From NCBI GenBank assembly GCA_951406725.2, contig OX597823.1, positions 6,386,001 to 6,450,000 on the forward strand: a stretch of DNA of 64,000 nucleotides, given 5' to 3'. This document shows, one piece after another, positions 53,590 through 64,000 of the stretch (position 1 is the first letter of the stretch; every line of letters starts with the position of its first letter). The position numbers were made by a program, and so were the translations under genes. Under the pieces are notes generated by a model. The model was not told the DNA's origin and searched no databases. It saw only the letters and a list, made by a program, of their open reading frames with translations. This stretch comes from Octopus vulgaris. Taxonomy: Eukaryota.

Positions 53590-54160
53590 CAACATTAGCA
53601 TCCCTACGAACAACATGCTAACTCCTCCCCCCGTCATTATCAACATTAACATCCCCACCAACAACATGCTAACTCCTCACCCCGTCATTATCAACATTAG
53701 CATCCCTACCAACAACATGCTAACTCCTCCCCCCGTCATTATCAACATTAACATCCCCACCAACAACATGCTAACTCCTTCCCCCGTCATTATCAACATT
53801 AACATCCCTACCAACAACATGCTAACTCCTCCCCCCGTCATTATCAACATTAACATCCCTACCAACAACATGCTAACTCCTCCCCCCGTCATTATCAACA
53901 TTAACATCCCTACCAACAACATGCTAACTCCTCCCCCCGTCATTATCAACATTAACATCCCTACCAACAACATGCTAACTCCTCCCCCGTCATTATCAAC
54001 ATTAACATCCCTACCAACAACATGCTAACTCCTCCCCCGTCATTATCAACATTAACATCCCCACCAACAACATGCTTACTCCTCCCCCCGTCATTATCAA
54101 CATCAACATCCCCACCAACAACATGCTAACTCCTCCCCCCGTCATTATCAACATTAACAT
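53590..54160. repeat. 51-bp minisatellite, about 11 copies
   Basis: Unit CAACATTAACATCCCTACCAACAACATGCTAACTCCTCCCCCCGTCATTAT. Confidence 0.9.
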
Positions 54161-54403
54161 CACACCCATCATTAACATCATAACTTCTTCGTCATCATCA
54201 CTACAGATCTTCTGTGTCCATATTCATCACTACCACCACCATTAGCCCTTTACTCTACCTTCGCCTCCAAACTATCATCATCATCATCATGAACATCATC
54301 AACGCCATGTGCATTATGAAATTAAACATTATCTTGATCTACAATCCACCACATTCGTCATCTAATGTCCCAGCCACTTTCAGTCACAAATATGTTCTAT
54401 ACA

Positions 54404-54599
54404 ATTTACGGCCATATCACTTTGAAAACACCGGTTTTCGCCCGATCACCGAAGTTAAGCAAAGTCGAGCCTAGTTAGTACTTAGATGGGTGATCGCTTG
54501 GGAAACGTAGGTGCTGTAAATGCCTTTCTCTCTTTAATGGCGATGCACCAGCATGGCCACAGCTCGTGAGCTGAAACTAGATGAAAATGAAAAAAAAAA
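54404..54599 (+). mobile_element. 5S rRNA-derived SINE-like element (5S part 54404-54521)
   Basis: TACGGCCATATCAC..CCGATCACCGAAGTTAAGC..TTAGTACTTAGATGGGTGA..TGGGAA..GTGCTGTA, followed by a CCAGCATGGCCACAG..CTGAAAC tail and an A-rich end. Confidence 0.8.
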
Positions 54600-54632
54600 T
54601 GAATTACTTCTTGACTCATTTTCCTGTTTCAG

Positions 54633-54704
54633 ATATTTGAATTCTAATTCCCTGAAGGAAATCAAACCAGGCACTTTCCGAACTCTCTCCAGTTTACAAT
54701 ATCT
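54633..54704 (+). CDS. 72-nt LRR exon, class A: YLNSNSLKEIKPGTFRTLSSLQYL
   Basis: tttcag|...CT|gtaagt. Confidence 0.9.
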
Positions 54705-54879
54705 GTAAGTTGAATAAGTCTTTTTTATAGTATTTCATTGACGATATATTTCTAAATCAGTAATATGAAATTTATGGAATTATTCATCATCGTGTTCTAC
54801 CTTCCATCGCTTCTATCATCTAAATACTGTCAAACACATGTTGTACGCAATTTCTTAGAAACTCAATTTTATGTTCCAG

Positions 54880-54951
54880 ATACGTAATTTCTAACGAGAT
54901 CAAAGAAATTCAACCAGACACCTTCGGAAATCTGCCCAGTTTAAAATACCT
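54880..54951 (+). CDS. 72-nt LRR exon, class A: YVISNEIKEIQPDTFGNLPSLKYL
   Basis: ttccag|...CT|gtaagt; upstream intron 175 nt. Confidence 0.88.
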
Positions 54952-55316
54952 GTAAGTTCAATCTTTGTTATAGGAGTTCGTTGAGGATAAAGCTCTAAAT
55001 CTGTAATATCTTCCCATCTTTCATTTTAGGCTCCCTCACCCGACTTTCCGAAGATGTGTTCTACTGTTTGCGACTCTGTGTGTGCTCATGTTTTACTCAA
55101 GGGATGTATGAGAGCATGAGAGTCCAGGGGAATCATTTAGTGCATGTATGCGTATGTTCCTGTCTATGTGTAAATTCCGTTCCTGTCCAAAGTGGGCTTT
55201 TTTCTTCTTTTGTATGTTAATGTATTTCGAAGTAAGAGAAGGCCTGTTCCTTGGATTTGAAATATATGGCTGCATGACTATTAAGACGAAAATTTGGAGC
55301 AAACAGGTTTACGTAC

Positions 55317-55373
<57 letters not shown>

Positions 55374-55690
55374 CACACACAAAGATACATATATATGTAT
55401 GTATATATACATATATATATATCATATATATATATGTATAGGTATATATTTATCATAGATATAGGGTAACAAATTTTTAATTTATAATTAATAATTTCAC
55501 CAACCGAAGACTGTTTGATTTCATTATTTTCCTTTTTTTTTTTTGCCTGTGTGAGTTACAAAGAGGGTTGTCTGTGGAGTCATATTTTGTAGCGAAAGGA
55601 AACAACGGGCTTTTGGCTGCTATTTCTAAATTTTTTTGGTATGTGGTTAAGTAACTCGTTGCTAAACCCTTAATTATTGTATTATTGTAT

Positions 55691-55767
<77 letters not shown>

Positions 55768-55771
<4 letters not shown>

Positions 55772-55843
55772 AACACCGCACTTGATATACAGACCGAATT
55801 ATATACACTCGCACACGTATAACAATACACAAACAGAGAGACG

Positions 55844-55889
<46 letters not shown>

Positions 55890-55977
55890 CATATACATGC
55901 AGGTCTCTCTGTTTGTGTATTGTTATACGTGTGCGAGTGTATATAATTCGGTCTGTATATCAAGTGCGGTGTTTATG
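55768..55977. repeat. 75-bp inverted duplication around (TA)n
   Basis: 55768-55842 is the reverse complement of 55903-55977. Confidence 0.9.
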
Positions 55978-56734
55978 ACTCCATCACCCTTGATTAACAT
56001 TATAGACTTTACTTTTTCTTCTCCTTGTTTTTTTCTTCTTCATCTTCCACATTTATTGTTCTCTTCGCATTCACCTTCCTTTGCCACTTTATTCGCTTTT
56101 CCCATGAGATTACAAATTTCATTTCTATACCCCTCCCCTTCTGTCTCTCAATCTCTACTCAAATCCCTCCAACTGTCCTCTGGTCCTAGGTGTGCTTGTG
56201 AAAGTGTCGGAGTGTGGCTCACTCGACATTCCTGTAGATATGAGTATATTTCTTTGTGTATCAGCCCTCATAATTTGAGCATATTGTTATGTATCTATCT
56301 CTCCTCCATCTCGCCATTTCTCTCTCTTTTCCTCCCCCATCTCTCTCTCCCTGTTTTGTATATACACACGTATATAACCTTCTGTGTTTATTTGGGTGTG
56401 TTTGGCTTGGGTGACTGTTTGTTTGTGAGTGTGTATAAATATGAATCGAAAATTGTCAACCATGAATTTCCCTTCTAATTGTTTTCAGCATCACGTTATT
56501 CATATTTTTCTTCATCTGCAATAACAGCATCATTCATTTTCTCCATTGTTTCCTCCATCTTCGAATCTTCAGCCTCCATAATTTATTTCTCGTCTTCAAC
56601 TATTTATGTTATGTGTCCGTTTGTCATTTTCCTTCCTGGTTTTCATTCCCATCTCTACATCATCATCATCATCAATGTCGTCATCACCATCATTATCATC
56701 GTCATCATCATCATCATCATAACCATATCATCAC

Positions 56735-56782
<48 letters not shown>

Positions 56783-57685
56783 AAACATCATCATCATCAT
56801 CATCATCATCACCATCGTCATCTTCTTAATTTCTTTCTTCTTCTTCTCCCCTTCTCCTCCTCTTCCTCCTTCCACCTCTACTGCTTCTTCCACTTCTTCT
56901 ATATTTCTTCTCACCTTCCGTCTTTTTTGTCTTTCACTTTCTGTTTCTCATGATTTCCTTATAGTTTCTGCTTTCTATAAAACTCGTTCGATTCCCTATT
57001 CGCCTAATCCTTATGCTATGTGAATTCGAAACCTCATCTGCATAGAAAATTGTCACCGCCCTAGTCCATGACATCATTGCCGTCATACTTCTCTTTTTGA
57101 TTGTCATCTTAGTCATAAATTTTGCCATGTTCATCACCGTCCTCTTCATTATACATTACCACACAAGACCGACATCAGGTACAGGATCTCCAACATTATC
57201 ATCATCATCATCATCATCAATATTAACATCTCCTCCAATATTATAATAAAAAATCATATTCAACATGACCATGGACATGGTATCCCCTCATTATTAGAAT
57301 AATCAGCATTAACAGCATCAGTCTCATCATCATCATCCTCGTCATAACATCTTTATCACCATCAATACACAGAATATACACTTCTCTCCTGTTTCCACAT
57401 CACATTCACCACTACCACCACCACCACCACCACCACCACATCGTCCACAATCTGCTCTACTTCCAACATAATCCTTCTACTCCAGCTCCGCCTTCTCATC
57501 ATCATCGTAATCATCATCATCATCATCATCATCATCATAAACACATCATCAGCGCATTGAACTTTATGGAATTAATAATCATCGTCTTCTACATTCCATC
57601 ACTTCTATCATCTAATTGTTTAGACAAAATTTTGTCACAAACATGTTCTATGCAAATTCGTATTAACTCAATTTTAATGTTCCAG

Positions 57686-57757
57686 ATTCTTGAATTCTAA
57701 TAATATAACCGAAATCAAGGCCGACACCTTCCAAAATCTATCCAGTTTAACAAATCT
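57686..57757 (+). CDS. 72-nt LRR exon, class A: FLNSNNITEIKADTFQNLSSLTNL
   Basis: ttccag|...CT|gtaagt. Confidence 0.92.
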
Positions 57758-58147
57758 GTAAGTTGCATAAGATTTTTTCATAGGATTTCATTCACAATAT
57801 ATTTCTATATTTCTACTATCTTGCCATCTTACATTTTAAGCTACCTCACCCGTTTGTCCAACGATATGTTGTAGTGTTTGTAAATATGTGTGTGTAAATG
57901 TGTGTCCATTTATTAGATATGGGGTATACGAGAGGCTGACAGATCAGGGGAGTCATTTGGTGCATGCATGTGAATGTTTCGCTCTCTATGTGTTAAATCT
58001 GTCTATGTCGAAAGAGTGGGTTGTTGTAGATAAATATCTGTGAATGTGAGTGAGGGCCTCTTCCTTGGATCTGAAATATAGGTGTGTGTAACAATTAAGG
58101 GAAATCATTAGAGCAAACGACTTTATGTATACGTACATACATATACA

Positions 58148-58371
58148 TACTTTATAATTAGGGTTTAGCAGAGATTTGTTTCACCACATACCGAAGTTTA
58201 GAAATAGCAGTCAAAAAATCTTAGTTATTTCTTCTATTTTAAAAGGGACTTCCAGGGTTTTTCTGGGAGTCCCTTTTAAAGTAGAAGGAATAGCTAAGAT
58301 TTTTTGACTGCTATTTATAAACTTCGATATGTGGGTGAAGCAAATCTTTGCTGAACCCTAATTATAAAGTA
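58148..58371. repeat. Imperfect inverted repeat with ~105-nt arms
   Basis: TACTTTATAATTAGGGTTTAGCAGAGATTTG... / ...CAAATCTTTGCTGAACCCTAATTATAAAGTA. Confidence 0.85.
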
Positions 58372-58471
58372 TTACTTAAGCTTACCTTGAAATGGTCTTT
58401 TTCATGCCGAATTCTACTTGGTGAAATTACTGATTACTTCTTAATTAATCCATTTTGCCCTTTGTTATTAC

Positions 58472-58561
<90 letters not shown>

Positions 58562-59344
58562 TGTGTGTGTGTATGACTGTGTGCATGGGAGTGTACCAAA
58601 ATGTATGTGCAACTCAGTCTGTATGCCAAGTGCTGTGTTAATATCTCCGTCACAACCGGTTGCAATCATGGACTTTACTTCTTCGTCTTTTCTTCTTCTT
58701 CTTCTTCTTTTTCTTCTTCTTCTTCTTCTTCTTCTTCTTCTTTTTCTTCTTCTTCTTTTCCTGCTTTTTTCATCTCTTACATTTCATTCAACTTTTTTCT
58801 ATTTTATCCGCTTTTATAAAACTAACAAATTATATTTCGATACTCCTTAACATCTCTCCCTAAATCTCTACCAAAATCTTTCACATTCTCCCTTGGCCAT
58901 ACGTGTATTTATGAATATGTCTTAATATGAATCACTGGACATTGACGTGGGTATTTGTTTGTCCGGGTGGGCATCAGCACTCATATTTTTGAACATATAT
59001 TTGCGCGCCTATCCATGAATTTATCTCTCCTTCTGTCTATCTGTCTGTCTGTCTCTCTCTCTTTGTTTATAGATATAAATATAAATAACTCTGTTTGTTT
59101 TTGAAAGTATGTGTGTGTTTGTGTGTGCGTATATGTCTGTGTGTGTTTTTGCGTGTGTATAACTGTCAACGATAACTATCAGCCGTGACCTTCCCTTCCA
59201 ATTCTATTTAGAACTACATTATTCATATTTTCATTCCTCATCTTCATCTTATCCTCCATCTTTGAAATGTCCACCTCCATATTTGATTTTTGTTTCGTCT
59301 TCAACTATTTTATTTGTTATGTCTGTTTGTTACGTATGTTACAG

Positions 59345-59416
59345 AAATATACAAAATAATGATATCGAAAAGATTGAAGAAGCAGCCTTCCATGACCTGA
59401 CCAGTTTGCAAACACT
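59345..59416 (+). CDS. 72-nt LRR exon, class C: NIQNNDIEKIEEAAFHDLTSLQTL
   Basis: ttacag|...CT|gtaagt. Confidence 0.88.
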
Positions 59417-59460
59417 GTAAGTTGGATAAATCTTACTGATAATATTTCACAGACAATATT

Positions 59461-59651
59461 ACTCTTTACTCTTTTACTTGTTTCAGTCATTTGACTGCGG
59501 CCATGCTGGGGCACTGCCTTTAATCGAGCAAGCCCAGTACTTATTCTATCGGTCCCTTTTGCCGAACCGCTAAGTAACAGGGACGTAAACACACCAGCAT
59601 CGGTTGTCAAGCAATGCTAGGTGGACAAACACAGACACACAAACACACACA

Positions 59652-59689
<38 letters not shown>

Positions 59690-59854
59690 TACGACGCGCT
59701 TCTTTCAGTTTCCGTCTACCAAATCCACTCACAAGGCTTTGGCTGGCCCGAGGCTATAGTAGAATACACTTGCCCAAGGTGCCACGCAGTGGGACTGAAC
59801 CCGGAACAATGTGGTTGGTAAACAAGCTACTTACCACACAGCCACTCCTGTGCC
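59461..59854 (-). mobile_element. SINE family B
   Basis: Match to family B. Confidence 0.85.
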
Positions 59855-60132
59855 TATGTATATGTAATTATTTAAAATCTTCCCATTCCTTTCCGATAGT
59901 TGTTGTGCAAAAGACGTCGATAGAATAAGTACTCGGCTTATAAACAATTAATGCTGGTGTTGATTTGTTCGACTAAAGGTGGTGCTGCAGGATGGCTGCA
60001 GTCACATAAATGAAACAAATAAAACAATAAAAAAGTATGCCATTTAATCTCGTGCAACGCCGGGTAATTTTTTTTTGTAGTAATCAGAATAATCAACTTT
60101 AATAACATCACTCCTGTCATCACTATCATACT

Positions 60133-60363
60133 TATCTCTTTACTACCCACAAGGGGCTAAACATAGAAGGGACAAACAAGGACAGACATAGGTATTAAGT
60201 CGATTACATCAGCCTCAGTGCGCAACTGGTACTTAATTTATCGACCCCGAAAGGATGAAAGGCAAAGTCGACCTCGGCGGAATTTGAACTCAGAACGTAA
60301 CGGCAGAGGAAATACGGCTACGCAATTCGTCCGACGTGCTAACGTTTCAGCCAGCTCGCCGCC
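60133..60363 (-). mobile_element. SINE family A
   Basis: Match to family A. Confidence 0.85.
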
Positions 60364-60596
60364 TTCATGTCATCACTATCATACCGTCTTCGTCATCATC
60401 ATTACACCCCTTATATTCTTTTCTTTTGTTTCCTCTTCATATTTCTCACTACTACCAACACAATGTCCACTATACATATAACCACCACCATTATCCTTCT
60501 ACTCCACCTCCGTCTCCTCATCGTCCTCTTAATTATAATAAACACCATGAACATCATTACCAGCACCATGTGCTTTATGGAATTAATCAGCATGAA

Positions 60597-61010
60597 GGCG
60601 GCGAGCTGGCATAAACATTAGCACGTCGGGCGAAATGCTTAGCGATATTTCGTTTGCCGTTACGTTGTGAGTTCAAATTCCGCCGAGGTCGACTTTGCCT
60701 TTCATCCTTTCAGGGTCGATAAATTAAGTACCAGTTACGCACTGGGGTCGATGTGATCGACTTAATCCCTTTGTCTGTCCTTGTTTGTCCCCTCTGTGTT
60801 TAGCCCTTTGTGGGTAGTAAAGAAATAGGTATTTCGTCTGCCACTACCTTCTGAGTTCAAATTCCGCCGAGGTCGACTTTGCCTTTCATCCTTTCGGGGT
60901 CGATAAATTAAGTACCAGTTACGCACTGGGGTAGATGTAATCGACTTAATCCCTTTGTTTTGCCTTGTTTGTCCCGTCAATGTTTAGCCCCTTGTGGGCA
61001 GTAAAGAAAT
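60597..61010 (+). mobile_element. SINE family A tandem dimer
   Basis: Match to family A. Confidence 0.85.
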
Positions 61011-61132
61011 ATATATGGAATTAATCAGCATCGTGTTCTAATTAACCTCGCCTCTATCAGCAAATGTTTTGGACAAAATTTATCACAAATTTGTTGTATG
61101 CAATTTCTGATTAACTCCGTTTTATGTTCCAG

Positions 61133-61204
61133 AGATTTAAGTTCTAATAATTACAAGGAGATCAAAACAGACACCTTCAAGAAACTGTCCAGCTTAAAAA
61201 ATCT
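61133..61204 (+). CDS. 72-nt LRR exon, class A: DLSSNNYKEIKTDTFKKLSSLKNL
   Basis: ttccag|...CT|gtaagt. Confidence 0.88.
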
Positions 61205-61312
61205 GTAAGTTGATTAAGTCATTTTCAAATCTGTAATATCTTGCCCTTCTTCATTTTAATTTCTCTGACCCCTCTTTCCAAAGATGTGTTTAATTATCTG
61301 TGGACCTAGTCT

Positions 61313-61518
61313 GTACTTGTTTCAGTCTTTTGACTGTGGCCATGCTGGAGCACCACCTTTAATCGAGCAACTCGACTCCGGGACTTATTCTTTGTAAGCC
61401 CAGTACTTATTCTATCGGTTTCTTTTGCCGAACCGCTAAGTGACGGGGACATAAACACACCAGAATCGGTTGTCAAGCAATGCTAGGGGGAAAAACACAG
61501 ACTCACACACACGCATGC

Positions 61519-61581
<63 letters not shown>

Positions 61582-61746
61582 TACGACAGGTTTCTTTCAG
61601 TTTCCGTCTACCAAATCCACTCACAAGGCTTTGGTCGGCCCAAGGTTATAGCAGAAGACACTTGCCCAAGATGCCACGCAGTGGGACTGAACCCGGAACC
61701 ATGTGGTTGGTAAACAAGCTACTTACCACATAGCCACTCCTGCGCC
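61313..61746 (-). mobile_element. SINE family B
   Basis: Match to family B. Confidence 0.85.
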
Positions 61747-62022
61747 TGTGTGCGTAGGTGTGTATCCATTTATTAGATATGGGATGTATGGGAGTGCGAT
61801 AATCCAGGAGATTCCTTAAGGGCATGCATGTGTATGTTTCTGTCTATTTGTAAAATCTGAAGCAAGTGTGCGTTTTTTGTATGCTAATGTCTTTGAATGT
61901 GAGTGAGGGCTTGTTCCTATGATTTGAAAAAATATCAGTGTATAACAATTGTGAGGTAAGTTTAGAGTAAACGGCTTTATGTATACATACACACACACAC
62001 ACATATATACATATATATATTG

Positions 62023-62071
<49 letters not shown>

Positions 62072-62377
62072 CTAGCAGTATCGCCGGGCGTTGCTCGGGT
62101 TTGTAGGGGAAATAACTATATAAGCATTTTTAGAGATTTACTTCCCTTATATAACCCAAGCGAAAATGCATTAAAAATGCGGAAAAATGATGGTAAGTTT
62201 TTTAAAATCGTAGACTCATCGTAGACTCGCGCTAATACACAGAAGGGCTTGATATAAATGACCACTATAAGATACCCGCTTTTGGTTAAACTGCACCGCA
62301 AAATGTGGGAGTAGTTAGGAATCTAAATCGGAGGAGACAGAGTCTCACACACACAACTTCAATTTTATATATAAAGA
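62072..62377 (-). mobile_element. Non-autonomous Helitron
   Basis: CTAG and CCGGGCGTTGCTCGG hairpin at left end, TATATAAAGA at right end. Confidence 0.75.
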
Positions 62378-62378
62378 T

Positions 62379-62379
<1 letters not shown>

Positions 62380-62464
<85 letters not shown>
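62380..62464. repeat. (GATA)n microsatellite
   Basis: Direct reading. Confidence 0.95.
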
Positions 62465-63209
62465 CAAAAAATTCAGGGTGAATACTTGATAACTGTAAGC
62501 ACCTGTATATGCCAGCTAGTGGTATAGGTGATGAGGGAAAAAACGGTATGGATGTTTTGTTTTGGTGTCTCGCAATGCCATATACGCCTATTAGGATTTA
62601 CCTTCCCAATGAAACCCGTTTTTTTCCCAAACTTTTTCTCAAACCTGCTATAATGTAATACATGGCTTTGGTGTGGTAATTGTACGTGGCTGAAGAATGC
62701 TTTTGACCTACCTGTTATATCAATTATGCATAAATACAAATTGTTCAATAAAGCCAGAAACATATGTACCGCAAAATCCATTGCGTTCTGTTTTTCTTTT
62801 GACAGATAGATATAGATATATGAGTCTGTGTGCGCGCGCGAATGTGTGTGCACGCGTGTGTGTGTGTGCACGTGTTCGTGTATGTGTATTTGTGAATGTT
62901 TTTGTGCATTTCAGTGTATCAAATTGTATGTGAAATTCATTCTGTTTATCATGTGCAGTGTTCACCTGTCCACCAAAAAACATTAAACTCTACCACCACC
63001 ATTATCCATCTATTCCACCTCCTCCCCCTCGTCATTATCATCATCATCGTTATCATCATCATCATGAACATCATCAGCGCCATAAACTTTATGGAATTAA
63101 TAGTCATCGTATTCTACTTTCCATCGCTTCCATTCACTAATTATTTAGAGAAAATTTTGTCAAAAATATCTTCTATGCAATTTCTTATTAACTCCGTTTT
63201 ATGTTCCAG

Positions 63210-63281
63210 AGTTTTGCGTCATAATAACATTGAGGAAATCAAAGAAAATACCTTCCGAAATCTATCCAGTTTACAAAATCT
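63210..63281 (+). CDS. 72-nt LRR exon, class A: VLRHNNIEEIKENTFRNLSSLQNL
   Basis: ttccag|...CT|gtaagt. Confidence 0.92.
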
Positions 63282-63512
63282 GTAAGTTGAATAAGTATTT
63301 TTGTATAGGATTTCATTAACGATATTGTTGAAAATCTGCAATATCGTCCCATCTTTCATTTTAAGCTCCCTCATCCGACTTACTCCTCCTCATTATTACC
63401 ATCACCATTATCTACTTTGTTTTTCTTCCACCAAGTATTCGTTTGACAATAATATTGTATGTTGTACAACTCTTCGATAATTTCTGTTACCAATTAATAT
63501 TTTTTGTTACAG

Positions 63513-63584
63513 ATATTTGCAAAATAATAATATCGAAAAAATTGAGGTAACAGCCTTGCATGACCTGACCAGTTTGCGGATACT
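63513..63584 (+). CDS. 72-nt LRR exon, class C: YLQNNNIEKIEVTALHDLTSLRIL
   Basis: ttacag|...CT|gtaagt. Confidence 0.88.
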
Positions 63585-63981
63585 GTAAGTTCGATACATC
63601 TTGTTGATAATATTTCATTGTCAATGTTCTGCTAAATCTTTAAAATATCCCCATTCGCACTGTCTTTGAATAGAAATGTGTGATTGCTTCTGAATGTCTG
63701 TAAATATATATATGTGTCTGTTTCCAGTTCTTATTCATCACTTCCAACACCACCACCGCAACGCCCACTATTAACTTTACCACCACCATAATCCTTCTAC
63801 TCCATTTCCTCACCATCATCGTCATTATCATTATCACCATCATCATGAACATCACCATCAACACCATGGACTTTATGGAATTAATCATGATCGTAATCTA
63901 CTTTCCATCTTTTCCATCATCAAATTGTTCGCCACAAAAAGGTTCCATGCAATTTCTTATTCACTCAATTTTATGTTTCAG

Positions 63982-64000
63982 ATACCTGAGTGATAATAAT
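63982..64000 (+). CDS. Start of the next LRR exon, class A: YLSDNN...
   Basis: caattttatgtttcag|A TAC CTG AGT GAT AAT AAT; cut by the window end. Confidence 0.8.

Noticed and set aside
53114-54028. 304-aa ORF with PTNNMLTPPPVIININI repeats; possible CRISPR-like array
   Set aside because: Minisatellite with no unique spacers; frame breaks in later units; eukaryotic context.
54404-54521. Functional 5S rRNA gene
   Set aside because: Isolated, diverged, lacks a T4 terminator right after the 5S part and is fused to a retroposon tail.

Overview
Eukaryotic, AT-rich DNA dense in microsatellites and transposons. The SINE families look like those of a coleoid cephalopod such as Octopus (inference). 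Most ORF-track entries are microsatellite or SINE artefacts. The real host gene is hidden on the + strand as an array of 72-nt exons, each flanked by AG...GT and in phase 2-2, and each encoding one 24-aa leucine-rich repeat (xLxxNxIxxIxxxxFxxLxxLxxL). I read 20 intact exons between 9245 and 63584, a 21st cut by the window end, and two broken pseudo-exons. The exons sit in duplicated intron-exon cassettes of at least four classes, and any exon can join any other in frame. The introns hold many hammerhead ribozyme (HHR) motifs. These include a ~361-nt tandem and inverted HHR repeat resembling a non-LTR retrozyme (36876-38213) and intact HHRs linked to Penelope-like elements. Other intronic content: Dong/R4-like LINEs in (TAA)n, Tx1- and CR1-like fragments, mariner and Chapaev3-like remnants, non-autonomous Helitrons, tRNA-SINEs, a 5S-headed SINE and long hairpins. 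Coordinates were read by hand and transposon ends are approximate.
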